A stretch of 64,000 nucleotides of DNA, taken from Desulfobacterales bacterium. GTDB taxonomy: Bacteria; Desulfobacterota; Desulfobacteria; Desulfobacterales; UBA2174. The translations under genes were made by a program, and so were the position numbers. The first letter of the stretch is position 1, and every line of letters starts with the position of its first letter. Positions 17,884-27,128 of the stretch are shown in pieces. The stretch spans positions 448,001 to 512,000 of the forward strand of contig CAXXWC010000018.1 in NCBI GenBank assembly GCA_963668645.2, written 5' to 3'. A model generated the notes under the pieces. The model saw only the letters and a list, made by a program, of their open reading frames with translations. It was not told the DNA's origin and did no database searches.

Positions 17884-20355
17884 TCAGACGTAATCACTCG
17901 GTTTGCCGATGAACCCGGCGGCGATGGTCACCGCCAGAGCCAGGGCGTAAAAGAACACCATGGCCTGAAGCCCGCTCAGGCCCAGGGCGCTGCCGCCGGA
18001 AAACACCAGGATCGCCACGGTGAGGCCCAGCGCCATGGGATAGCCCATGGAAAAGAGCATCCAGCGCACCGAACCGGCCTGGAGCTTGACCGCGATGGAG
18101 GTGGCCAGACAGGGCGGGTAGAGGACCATGAAGAGCATCAGCGCCAGGGCGTGCAGGGCCGTAAAGCCCGTCTCGCCCTTGGCCATGCGCTGCTCAAGGG
18201 CCTCGCCCTCCTGCTCCGGCTCGTAGAGGGCGCCAAGGGTGGCCACGCTGCTCTCCTTGGCGGCAAAGGCGCTGAGCAAGGCCACGTTGACACGCCAGTT
18301 GAAGCCGGCAAAGCGGGTCGCCGGTTCGAGCCACTGGCCCAGGCGCCCGAGAAAGCTGCGGTCGATGCGTTCTTTGCGCATCTCGCGCAGCAAGCCCTTG
18401 CGCTGCTTGTAAAGATCCTTGAAGGCCTTGTTGATCTTCCTGGCGACTTTGTCTTTTTCCGGCTGCACGATTTTAAAAAAAAGCGGGTTGCGCTTTTCGT
18501 ATTCGGCGTTGAGGGCCGCCACGGAGGTCTCGTCGTTGGCGGCCATCTTGGCGTCTTTGTATGCGTCCCAGTATTGGACCAGTTCCATGATGTTCTCGCT
18601 GCGGACAGCATCGGCATAGGGGGTTGCGGCGGCCTTCTTTAAAAAGGCTTCCATAGCCTCTTGTTTTTGCGCCTCGAAGTGGGCCTGGCGCTGCGCACCG
18701 ATGCCCGGAAACTGGAGCAAGACGAAGATCACCACCGCCACGGCTGCCACGATGGTGGTAATCTTGCGCACGAAAAGCCAGACCCGCTCCACCGCACGGC
18801 CGAGCACGCCGCGCACCGTGGGCAGGTGGTAGGGCGGCATCTCCATCACGAAGGGCGCCGTTTCCTTGTCCTTGAGAACCGTCATGGTAAGGAGCTTGGA
18901 GACCGGCAGGACCATCAGTAGGCTGATGGTGGAGATGAAGAACATGGCCCAGGCCTTGTGGGCGGCGAAATAGATATTGATCAGCAGTACGTAGAGCGGC
19001 ACCTTGGCCAGGCAGTTGAGCAGGGGAATGATCAGGATGGTGGCCAGACGCGAGCGTTCGTCCGGGATGCCCTTGCAGGACATGACCGCGGGCACGGCGC
19101 AGCCGCCCACGTAGATCCCGCCGAGCACCATGGGCAGGGTCGACTGCCCGTGCAACCCGTAGCGGGAAAAGAGCCGGTCCATGATAAAAGCCATGCGCGG
19201 CATGTAGCCGCTGTCCTCTAGGATGGCGATCAGCCCGAAGAGGATGAAGAAGATCGGAATGTAGTTGAGCAGCGCGTTGACGCTGTCGACGAACCACAGC
19301 ACAAAGGACCGCAGCAGCGGGATCTCAATGAACCCCGGCTGAGGCGTGACCGCCTCGGCCAGGCTGCGGATTTTGGCCAGCAGCGGCCAGGTGTAGTTGG
19401 TGAGGTTGTATCCCTGGACGATGGAAAGGTAGTAGAGCAGCCAGATGACTCCCAGTAGGAAGAGGGGGCCGAGCAGGCGGTGACACACCACCCGGTCGAT
19501 GCGGTCCGAGAGGGTGCCGGCTCCTTGGCGGCCGGCCTTGACGCACTGGCGTTCGATGTCGTCCGCTTCGCGGTAGCGCCGATGGGTGATGTGCAGTTCG
19601 GCCGAGTTCTCGAAGCGGGCCTCGAAGTCGCTGCGTAATTTTCGCACCATAGCGACGATTTCTTCCCCTTGAGTGCTTGAAGCGCGCACCAGGCGTTCGA
19701 CTTCGCTGTCGCCCTCCATCATTTTGATGGCACACCAGCGCAAGGGGTAGACCCGATCCAGAGCGGTTGCGGCGGCCAACCGGTCCTCGATATCCCGGAA
19801 GAAGGGCTCCATTTCACCGTAGTCGATACGCACGGTCCGTTTTCGCCGGTCGGCGTCGGCGGCGGTGGCGGCCACGGCTTCCAAAAGCTCCGTCCTGCCG
19901 CGGCCGGACTTCATGGCGCTGGGGACCACCGGCACACCCAGACGCTCGGCCAGTCGCTGCGTATCGATGGCTATCCCGAGCCGATCGGCCACGTCCATCA
20001 TGTTGAGGTTGAGAACCAACGGAATCTCCATCTCCAGAAGCTGGAAGGTGAGATAGAGGCTGCGCTTGAGGTTGGAGGCGTCGGTGACGTTGACCACCAC
20101 CGAAGGCCGTTCGTGGAGGATGAAATCCCGCGACACCCGCTCTTCGGGCGAGTAGGAGGTCAGGCTGTAGGTGCCCGGCAGATCGACCACCTCGACCTTG
20201 TATCCGTCATGCTTGTAGAACCCGGTCATCTTGTCCACGGTGACGCCGGGGTAGTTGGCGACATGCTGGCTGGCGCCGGTCAGGGCGTTGAAGACCGTGG
20301 ACTTGCCGCAGTTTGGCTGTCCGGCCAGGGCTAAAAGGACCTTGTCAGGCTTCAC
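17884..20355 (-). CDS. feoB: Ferrous iron transporter B
   Basis: GQPNCGKS, VANYPGVTV, DLPG, NMMD, LEDSGYMPR, FVMEMPPY, LYPPC; GTG start after GGAGG. Confidence 0.96.
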   Translation of the reverse strand: MKPDKVLLALAGQPNCGKSTVFNALTGASQHVANYPGVTVDKMTGFYKHDGYKVEVVDLPGTYSLTSYSPEERVSRDFILHERPSVVVNVTDASNLKRSLYLTFQLLEMEIPLVLNLNMMDVADRLGIAIDTQRLAERLGVPVVPSAMKSGRGRTELLEAVAATAADADRRKRTVRIDYGEMEPFFRDIEDRLAAATALDRVYPLRWCAIKMMEGDSEVERLVRASSTQGEEIVAMVRKLRSDFEARFENSAELHITHRRYREADDIERQCVKAGRQGAGTLSDRIDRVVCHRLLGPLFLLGVIWLLYYLSIVQGYNLTNYTWPLLAKIRSLAEAVTPQPGFIEIPLLRSFVLWFVDSVNALLNYIPIFFILFGLIAILEDSGYMPRMAFIMDRLFSRYGLHGQSTLPMVLGGIYVGGCAVPAVMSCKGIPDERSRLATILIIPLLNCLAKVPLYVLLINIYFAAHKAWAMFFISTISLLMVLPVSKLLTMTVLKDKETAPFVMEMPPYHLPTVRGVLGRAVERVWLFVRKITTIVAAVAVVIFVLLQFPGIGAQRQAHFEAQKQEAMEAFLKKAAATPYADAVRSENIMELVQYWDAYKDAKMAANDETSVAALNAEYEKRNPLFFKIVQPEKDKVARKINKAFKDLYKQRKGLLREMRKERIDRSFLGRLGQWLEPATRFAGFNWRVNVALLSAFAAKESSVATLGALYEPEQEGEALEQRMAKGETGFTALHALALMLFMVLYPPCLATSIAVKLQAGSVRWMLFSMGYPMALGLTVAILVFSGGSALGLSGLQAMVFFYALALAVTIAAGFIGKPSDYV

Positions 20356-20575
20356 GGCCGTCCACCTCCACGAAGCGGGCCTCGGCGTGCCGCAGACTGA
20401 CAAACTGCCCGTCGACCTCCACTTCCATCGGGTCGTCCAGAGGAGCGTTGCGCACCACCCGCAGGTGCAGCCCGGGATAGATTCCCATGTCCATCAGGCG
20501 CTGGCCGAGCCGGTCGCGCACCGAAAGACGCGTGATGCGGCAGTGGCTGCCGGGTTTAAGCTGATCCAGTGTCAT
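20345..20575 (-). CDS. feoA: Ferrous iron transport protein A
   Basis: MTLDQLKPG, RLMDMGIYPG, APLDDP, SLR; RBS AAGGAGG. Confidence 0.95.
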   Translation of the reverse strand: MTLDQLKPGSHCRITRLSVRDRLGQRLMDMGIYPGLHLRVVRNAPLDDPMEVEVDGQFVSLRHAEARFVEVDGREA

Positions 20576-20651
20576 TGAGCCTCCTTTTAATCCCGCGGCG
20601 TTATCGCCGCCAGGCCGTTGAGCCGGCCCGTCCGTGGTGGAGGATTGATCG

Positions 20652-20699
20652 AAAAAAAAGGCGCAACCGGAAACGGACCATAGCCGCCGGTTACGCCTT
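20652..20699 (-). terminator. Intrinsic terminator inside the feoA 5' leader
   Basis: RNA AAGGCGUAACCGG...CCGGUUGCGCCUU with a U8 run; the U-G pair fits the minus strand. Confidence 0.75.
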
Positions 20700-20750
20700 C
20701 ACTTCCTTCGCGCCGCAAGGGCCGAAGGACGTAAGACATCCCTTTATTAA

Positions 20751-20764
20751 TTAGAGCCATCTAT
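20751..20764. promoter_or_regulatory. Candidate DtxR/MntR operator upstream of feoA
   Basis: TTAGAGCCATCTAT, one mismatch to TTAG-N6-CTAA; a minus-strand TTGACA lies at 20803-20808. Confidence 0.5.
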
Positions 20765-20872
20765 CTATGTAAGGGTATTCATATGGCACGAACCGTTTTG
20801 TTTGTCAAGCAGTTTTTACTCCCGCCACTTTGCCTCTACCTTTGAGCGGGAAAAAGGGGTAAGTCGATTGTC

Positions 20873-21997
20873 ATGAAAACTGATTCTTCCCACGCGCAAG
20901 ATGTCCGCGGCGCCTTTGCCCGCCCGGCCGGAATCCTTCCGGTTCTGTTCCTCCTGGCAGCTATCTGGGCCTTGCCCGCCGGCCCCGAAGACAAGACCCG
21001 CAGCACGCTGGCCGTCGTTTTTCTCAGTATCGTCCTGGAAGCGCTTCCCTTCATGTTCATCGGGTCCCTGGCGGGCGGTTTGATCGAGGCCTTTGTGAGT
21101 CGCGAGCGCATGGCATCGTTTCTGCCGCGCCGGCGGTGGTGTGCCGTCTTTATCGCCGCCGCCGCCGGTATCGTGTTCCCGGTCTGCGAGTGCGCCGTCG
21201 TGCCGGTGGTACGGCGATTGACCGGCAAGGGGCTGCCGTTGTCGGCCGCTGTCGGCTACCTGCTCGGCGGCCCCCTGGTCAACCCGGTGGTGGCCGTCTC
21301 GACAGCCATGGCCTACGGCTTCGACTGGCGCGTGGCCCTGATGAGACTCGCTGCGGGGTATGTCATCGCCGTGACCATCGGCCTGCTGATGGGGTGGCTT
21401 TTCCGCGAGGTTGACGCCCTGCACCCGCAAGCATGCCTGCAGCAGCGCGGCGGATGCTCCCATCGGCATTGCGCGACAATTGACGTCCGTTCGAAGCCGG
21501 GCGGGGAGGCGGTTTTTCAGGACCTGCCGCAAGCGGCCGCCGGCACCTGTGGCGGATGCCATGGTGGCGCCGGCCGGTCGTGGCTCGACAAGGTGGGTGC
21601 GGCCTTTGTCCATGCGGCCGACGATTTTATGGCCGTGGGCCACTATCTGGTGATCGGCGCTTTTATCGCCGCCGTGGCGCAGACGCTGGCCGACCGGTCG
21701 AGCTTCGTGGCGCTGAACAGTGTGGCCGGGCTGCCCATCGCCGCCATGATGGCCCTGGCGGTGCTGCTCAACCTCTGCTCGGAGGCCGATGCTTTTGTTG
21801 CGGCCTCTTTCCGGGGGATGATGCCCTTGTCGGGCCAGCTCGCCTTCATGCTGACAGGCCCCTTGTTCGATCTCAAACTGCTGCTCATGTACCAGGGCCT
21901 TTTCCGGCGGCGGGCCATCGTCGCCTTGGCGCTGATGGTCCTTGTGGCCGTTGCCGGGGTGGCCCAATGCCTTGCGTGGATCACCGGAGGGGCGTGA
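20873..21997 (+). CDS. DUF318/YcgR-like permease with a Cys/His-rich loop
   Basis: LEALPF, PVCEC..VP, P.VNP, LCSEADAF and GP.FDLK. Confidence 0.88.
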   Translation: MKTDSSHAQDVRGAFARPAGILPVLFLLAAIWALPAGPEDKTRSTLAVVFLSIVLEALPFMFIGSLAGGLIEAFVSRERMASFLPRRRWCAVFIAAAAGIVFPVCECAVVPVVRRLTGKGLPLSAAVGYLLGGPLVNPVVAVSTAMAYGFDWRVALMRLAAGYVIAVTIGLLMGWLFREVDALHPQACLQQRGGCSHRHCATIDVRSKPGGEAVFQDLPQAAAGTCGGCHGGAGRSWLDKVGAAFVHAADDFMAVGHYLVIGAFIAAVAQTLADRSSFVALNSVAGLPIAAMMALAVLLNLCSEADAFVAASFRGMMPLSGQLAFMLTGPLFDLKLLLMYQGLFRRRAIVALALMVLVAVAGVAQCLAWITGGA

Positions 21998-22764
21998 TGA
22001 AGGTGCCGCAGGCCTTGGTACGGCGCTGGATGTCGCCCATCGTGTTCGGCGTCTGGATGTTGGCGCTGATTTATCTTCTGGCTACCAGGCGCTACACTGC
22101 ATTTTTGCGGCCGGAATTCGGGCTTCTTCTGGCCCTGGCGCACTTTGTCGCCATGGGATTCATGATCGCCGGCATGGCAGCGGAGACCCATTTGCCGGCC
22201 GACCGCTCCCGTGCCCTGCGGGCGGCGATTTTGTTGCTGCCGGTTGCTTACCTGGCTTTCATACCTTCCAGTTCCCTGGGATCACGAGCCTTTCAATCCC
22301 GTTTCACCGGCCCTTCGCTTGCGGTTGGTGCAGACAGCGCCGGCTTGCCTCCGGCCCAAGGGAGCCTTTCCACCCAAAGGCGGCTTTGGGATTCGGAAAG
22401 CGAAAAAACGGATCTGCAAACATCCGGTGAGCAGACCCTCCTCGAGCTGTACCTCGACCCGCGGCGCTATGACGGGCAGCCGGTGGCCGTCACGGGAATG
22501 CTCATGCGCGATGCGCTGCTCGAACCCTACTTCGGCGGCCGGGACACGGCCGTCTATCGCTTCCTGATCACCTGCTGTGCGGCCGATGCCCTGCCGTTGG
22601 CCATCGCCCTCGATCCGAAGCAGGTGGCCGGCTTGAAAGTCGATCAGTGGATCGCCGTGGCGGGGACCTTTCGCATGATTGAGACCGGATCCAGCCCAGT
22701 CCCGGTGATCGAGAACGCCACGGTCCGCACGATCAAGGCGCCGTCTCAGCCCTACCTGTTCTGA
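21997..22764 (+). CDS. TIGR03943/YcgQ (DUF1980) membrane protein
   Basis: Three N-terminal helices and RFLITCCAADA; TGATG coupling to the permease. Confidence 0.88.
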   Translation: MKVPQALVRRWMSPIVFGVWMLALIYLLATRRYTAFLRPEFGLLLALAHFVAMGFMIAGMAAETHLPADRSRALRAAILLLPVAYLAFIPSSSLGSRAFQSRFTGPSLAVGADSAGLPPAQGSLSTQRRLWDSESEKTDLQTSGEQTLLELYLDPRRYDGQPVAVTGMLMRDALLEPYFGGRDTAVYRFLITCCAADALPLAIALDPKQVAGLKVDQWIAVAGTFRMIETGSSPVPVIENATVRTIKAPSQPYLF

Positions 22765-22923
22765 CCTGTCTTTTTCAATGGGAATGGGGGTTGAAATGAA
22801 ACACCTTGAGGTAGCAAGGCGGCATGCGTTGCGCAAAGCGGCGCGCAACCCTTCCGGTCACGGTTAGTCTGTCAATGTGCCGGAGTGCTCATCAAAAATG
22901 GCTAACGCCGCGGGCAGTGCACC

Positions 22924-23511
22924 CTAAGACTTCGGTTCACAGGCGGTGCAGTCACCGCAACCAATCTCCTCGCCGGTCGACGCCTGCCGCTGCAGTTCAT
23001 CCGAAAAGTGAGCCGAGCGTTCCGGGCAGTCATCCGGCGGCTTGCCGTGGCGGCGGTACTCGTCGAAGCGATCGAGCCAGTTGGGGCCGGTGCGCGGGCA
23101 GTTGCGGATAAAATCCATAAAATCGGTGAGCCGTTCCAGGGTCTCCAGGCTCAGGTTGTGCTCCATGCTGCAGGCCTCTCCGTCGGCTATGGCGGCGTCG
23201 ATCTTGAGCACCTCGGTCAGGAAACTGGACAGCAGTTCGTGGCGCCGGCGCATCTCCCTGCCGACGCGTTTGCCCCCGGCTGTAAGGTCGACGTACTCGT
23301 ACTTGCGGTACTTGACCAGGCCGCGCTCGTCCAGGTTCTTGAGCATGCTGGTAACCGTGGGCATCTTGACCCCCATACGCCGGGCGATGTCCTTGACGCG
23401 CACGACCTTCTGTTCCCGATCCAGATCGAAAATCGCTTCCAGGTAGTCTTCCATAACGGATGTCAGCGGTCCTGGCGGTGTTCGACTGGGCCCCTCTTTT
23501 CTCGGTTCCAT
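22924..23511 (-). CDS. DtxR/MntR family metal-dependent repressor
   Basis: MEDYLEAI, IA...GVKMPTVT.M, RRHELL, ACSMEH; Cys-rich tail. Confidence 0.93.
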   Translation of the reverse strand: MEPRKEGPSRTPPGPLTSVMEDYLEAIFDLDREQKVVRVKDIARRMGVKMPTVTSMLKNLDERGLVKYRKYEYVDLTAGGKRVGREMRRRHELLSSFLTEVLKIDAAIADGEACSMEHNLSLETLERLTDFMDFIRNCPRTGPNWLDRFDEYRRHGKPPDDCPERSAHFSDELQRQASTGEEIGCGDCTACEPKS

Positions 23512-23544
23512 GGTCGCCTCCAGAGTTTTAACCTGCTATACGTA

Positions 23545-23558
23545 ATAGGTAATCCTAA
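23545..23558. promoter_or_regulatory. Candidate DtxR/MntR operator (autoregulation)
   Basis: Minus strand reads TTAGGATTACCTAT, close to the DtxR-type TTAGG-N4-CCTAA. Confidence 0.6.
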
Positions 23559-23577
23559 TCCAAGGGATGTATCGCCG

Positions 23578-23931
23578 TCAAGCCGCCTTTGCCCGGCAAC
23601 CGCCGCAGTTTCCGCCGCAGCCAACCGTTGCGCAGCCGTAATCGGCTTTTTCGGCGGTCGCAGGTGCCGTTGCCATCGTTGCAGGCGCTTTGTCCGCAAT
23701 GAAGCCTTTGCCCTGGCAGTGCGGACAGCGCAGGCCGCCACGGATGACGCGCACCACCCCCGGCCCGAGCCGGACCACCTGAAAGGGGTGGCCCTGTTCA
23801 GCCATGTACCCCACCAGCCATTTGACGAAAAATTTGTTTTTCAAGGTCACCGCCTCGAATTCACCCCGCTCGATCTGGGTGACGAGTTTGAATTGGAAGT
23901 TGCGCATCACCTTGGATTCGCGTTTGGTCAT
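23578..23931 (-). CDS. Hypothetical Cys-rich protein
   Basis: RBS AAGGAG; CPHC and C-terminal CxxxxCxxxCxxC. Confidence 0.75.
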   Translation of the reverse strand: MTKRESKVMRNFQFKLVTQIERGEFEAVTLKNKFFVKWLVGYMAEQGHPFQVVRLGPGVVRVIRGGLRCPHCQGKGFIADKAPATMATAPATAEKADYGCATVGCGGNCGGCRAKAA

Positions 23932-24002
23932 GTTTCGGCTCCTTTCGGGACTGCCGGTTGACTGCGGTCTTGTGATCCGGATATCCGGCCGAGCAGATTA
24001 AG

Positions 24003-24039
24003 TTAGATTATACTAATAAAAGTTATTGTCAATAACTTT
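24003..24039 (-). promoter_or_regulatory. Promoter with a candidate DtxR box and a 21-bp inverted repeat
   Basis: TTAGATTATACTAA (24003-24016); AAAGTTATTG-T-CAATAACTTT (24019-24039) over a minus-strand TTGACA, with TAATCT 16 nt downstream. Confidence 0.65.
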
Positions 24040-24219
24040 ATTCGGCATAGAACTCGGAATGGATTCTGTCGCCATTGCCATCCGATGCGATTTTGGATAA
24101 CAAATCCGCTCCAGCGGCCGGCGCTTTGCTGGAGCGCCAAATGCGGTGCACGCTGCGGCCTCTGAAGACCCGCAGTGCCGTGCAACCTGAATGCAAAAAA
24201 GAAAGTTCACCTTCTGGCG

Positions 24220-26586
24220 ATGGATGCCAAACAGGATAGGGTTTCGGCCAAGCCGCAAATTTCGGTGGCGGCGCGCGTCCTGGCCGAGCATGTGCTGCAA
24301 GGCGGGGATCTGGCTTTCAGCTTCCTAGGCTCGGTGCGCGCTCAGGAAGGGATCGCCGGCCACCGCCGGGTTCAGGCCTCGCGGCCCGAGGGCTATCAGC
24401 GAGAAGTCGCGGTGGCCTGCCGGGTGGAGACCGGGGACTTTGTACTCGACATCGGCGGGCGCATCGACGGGGTCTGGGACCTGGACGGGCAGGTGGTGCT
24501 CGAAGAGATCAAGACCACCATCCAACCGCTGGAAGCGGCGGCCGGGGCCGATAATCCCGTGCATTGGGGCCAGGCCCGGATCTACGCCCACATGCTGGCC
24601 CAAGAGCGGGGTCTGGCGCAGGTCACCGTCCAGTTGACATATTACCATCTGGAAACCGGCAAGCTTAAGGAGCTGCGCCGCACCGAAACGCGCACGGCCC
24701 TGGCGGAGTTTTTCGAGGCGGTGGTCGGCCGCTACCTGGACTGGATCCGTATCCTGCTCGCGGGCCGCGCCCGGCGCGATGCGGCCATCGCCAGCCTTGA
24801 GTTTCCCTTCGGCCGATACCGTCCCGGCCAGCGAGAAATGGCCGTGGCCGTGTTTCGCGCGGCGCGCGACGGCCATCCGTTGATGGTTCAGGCTCCCACC
24901 GGGATCGGCAAGACCATGGCGGCCTGGTTTCCGGCCGTCAAGGCGGTGGGCGCCGGTCTGGTCGAGCGGGTCTTCTTTCTCACGGCCCGCACCACCGGAC
25001 GCCTGGCGGCCGAAGACGCCATGGCCCGCCTGCGGTCGGCCGGCCTCTATTTCAGGGTTCTGAGCCTGACGGCCAAGGACCGGATCTGTTTTGCCCCCGA
25101 TGCGACCTGCGGGCCGGAGGACTGCCCCTATGCCCGGGGCCATTTCGACCGGTTGATGCCTGCATTGCGGGCGGCCCTGGAAGAGCAGGCCCTGACCCGC
25201 GCGCGGGTCGAAGCCCTGGCGGGTGATCACCGCGTCTGCCCCTTTGAATTCTCCGTGAGCCTGGCGTCCCACGTGGACGGGATTATCGGCGACTACAACT
25301 ACGCCTTCGATCCGCGGGTACGCCTCAGGTCCCTTTTCGAAGCCGAGGGGGTCGGCCGTACCCTGCTGCTGGTGGATGAGGCCCACAACCTGGTGGACCG
25401 GGGGCGTGAGATGTATTCGGCGGATCTGGGCAAGCAGGCGGTTTTGGCTGTGCGCCGGGAGGTCAAAACGGTCGCACCGAAGCTGTACCGGGCCTTGGGC
25501 AGGGTCGGCCGCGCCATCTCCGCCGTGCCTAAGGAGGGGGCGGAAGGGGTGTCCGAGACGCCTCCCGAGGCTTTGCTGGACGAATTGAAAGGCGCCCTGC
25601 GTGCGAGCGAGGCGGTGCTGCTGCGCCATCCCGGCGCTCAATGGCGCCAGGCCGTGATGGATCTCTATTTTCAGATGCTCGCCTTCGCGCGCATCGGCGA
25701 CGGCTATGACCGGCGTTATGTGACGCTTGCCACAGGGCCGGCCAAGGAGGTGCAGGTGCGCCTCTTCTGCCTGGATCCGTCCCCAGGGCTTGCCGAGACC
25801 TTATCCCACTGTAATGCGGCGGTATTTTTCTCGGCCACCCTCACCCCGATGGACTACTTCCAGGCCCTTTTCGGCCTTCCGGCGCAAACGGCGCGCTGCT
25901 GCCTGCCCTCGCCGTTTCCAGAGGAGCGCTTCGGAATTTTCGTGCTTTCTTCGGTTTCCACCTATTACCGGGATCGTTCCCGAACCCTGGAGCCGGTGGT
26001 CGAGGCCATCGGGGCCGCCGTCGATGCAAGGACGGGCAATTACCTGGTCTTCTTCCCCTCCTATGCCTATCTGGAACAGGTTTACGACGTCTTTGTGCAC
26101 CGTTGGCCCGGAACCGCCGTGCAATGTCAGACGCCCAGGATGGGAGATCAAGCGCGGGACGATTTTCTGGCCTGGTTTCCCGAGGCGCCCTGCCATACCC
26201 GGGTGGGATTTGCCGTGATGGGCGGGGTCTTCGGTGAGGGGATCGATCTTGTCGGCGAGCGGCTCACCGGCGCGGTGGTGGTAGGGGTCGGCCTGCCGGC
26301 CATCTGCCCAGAGCGCGAACAGATCAAACGGTTTTTCGACGGAGAAATGGGGACCGGGTTCGATTTCGCCTACCGTTTTCCGGGCCTCAACCGGGTCTTG
26401 CAGGCCGCCGGACGGGTGATCCGTTCGCCTGAGGACAGGGGCGTGGTGGTGCTCATCGATGCCCGCTACAGCCGAAGTGCCTACCGCCGGTTGTTGCCCC
26501 TGCACTGGCGGCCGCGGCCGGTCGGCCGGATTGGGCGCCTGGCCGATGGGCTGGCCGATTTCTGGGACGGTGCGCAGACGGATTAG
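24220..26586 (+). CDS. Rad3/DinG/XPD-like Fe-S helicase with an N-terminal PD-(D/E)XK nuclease domain
   Basis: GRIDG..EEIKT..QARIY; APTGIGKT, four Cys, DEAH, SAT, FFPSY, EGID, QAAGRVIR. Confidence 0.9.
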   Translation: MDAKQDRVSAKPQISVAARVLAEHVLQGGDLAFSFLGSVRAQEGIAGHRRVQASRPEGYQREVAVACRVETGDFVLDIGGRIDGVWDLDGQVVLEEIKTTIQPLEAAAGADNPVHWGQARIYAHMLAQERGLAQVTVQLTYYHLETGKLKELRRTETRTALAEFFEAVVGRYLDWIRILLAGRARRDAAIASLEFPFGRYRPGQREMAVAVFRAARDGHPLMVQAPTGIGKTMAAWFPAVKAVGAGLVERVFFLTARTTGRLAAEDAMARLRSAGLYFRVLSLTAKDRICFAPDATCGPEDCPYARGHFDRLMPALRAALEEQALTRARVEALAGDHRVCPFEFSVSLASHVDGIIGDYNYAFDPRVRLRSLFEAEGVGRTLLLVDEAHNLVDRGREMYSADLGKQAVLAVRREVKTVAPKLYRALGRVGRAISAVPKEGAEGVSETPPEALLDELKGALRASEAVLLRHPGAQWRQAVMDLYFQMLAFARIGDGYDRRYVTLATGPAKEVQVRLFCLDPSPGLAETLSHCNAAVFFSATLTPMDYFQALFGLPAQTARCCLPSPFPEERFGIFVLSSVSTYYRDRSRTLEPVVEAIGAAVDARTGNYLVFFPSYAYLEQVYDVFVHRWPGTAVQCQTPRMGDQARDDFLAWFPEAPCHTRVGFAVMGGVFGEGIDLVGERLTGAVVVGVGLPAICPEREQIKRFFDGEMGTGFDFAYRFPGLNRVLQAAGRVIRSPEDRGVVVLIDARYSRSAYRRLLPLHWRPRPVGRIGRLADGLADFWDGAQTD

Positions 26587-26747
26587 GCCGGAGAAGAACG
26601 ATTCTTGATAGCGGCGCTTGCCGGCCGCAGGTCCATCTGGTAGCCTGAAACGGTCCAGGGCGTATTTGGGCGCAGGCAGATGGCCGTTTGGGCTGCGGTC
26701 CCTTGCAACGAATGCCGATAGTTGCGTAATTACCAGAAAGGTCCGGC

Positions 26748-27119
26748 ATGGACACGCCACCCCCCCCCGATCTGGATGAACTTAGGCGGCGCCACGAGAC
26801 CGCTCTGGAGTCGTCGGCCCGGGCGGTGGAAGGCAATGCCGGGGTCTACCGCGATCTGCGGCGCAACGCGGCCCTGGTGGCCTATGGAACCCTGGATATC
26901 GGGGCATATTACAAGACGGCCGAGGAGATGGTGGGCTGCTTAGAGGCCCTGTGCCGCACCGGGGCCGGGACGCTGTTTGTCTTCTACCGGCGGGCGCTGG
27001 ACCCCAAAAGCGAAGGGCATATACGGACCTTCCGTCCGCTGTGCTGCGATTTGTTGGCGACCCTGGAAGCGCTGGACCGCTGGCGCCGGGCCAAACGCCG
27101 GATCCGGTGTGTCAAGTAA
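26748..27119 (+). CDS. Hypothetical protein
   Basis: ATG after GAAAGG; helical composition; fills the gap before the convergent FmdB gene. Confidence 0.6.
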   Translation: MDTPPPPDLDELRRRHETALESSARAVEGNAGVYRDLRRNAALVAYGTLDIGAYYKTAEEMVGCLEALCRTGAGTLFVFYRRALDPKSEGHIRTFRPLCCDLLATLEALDRWRRAKRRIRCVK

Positions 27120-27128
27120 TCGGCCCGG

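Noticed and set aside
9873..20575. Magnetosome island
   Set aside because: FeoAB and a MamC-like protein are present, but no core mam genes (TPR, CDF, actin-like, protease or magnetochrome proteins) are seen.
20650..20770. Known yybP-ykoY, NiCo or cobalamin riboswitch
   Set aside because: I could not find their conserved motifs by eye; an Rfam scan is still needed.
24220..24760. CRISPR Cas4 or a defence nuclease
   Set aside because: It is a RecB-like nuclease domain fused to a Rad3/DinG helicase, a familiar repair-type architecture with no CRISPR context.
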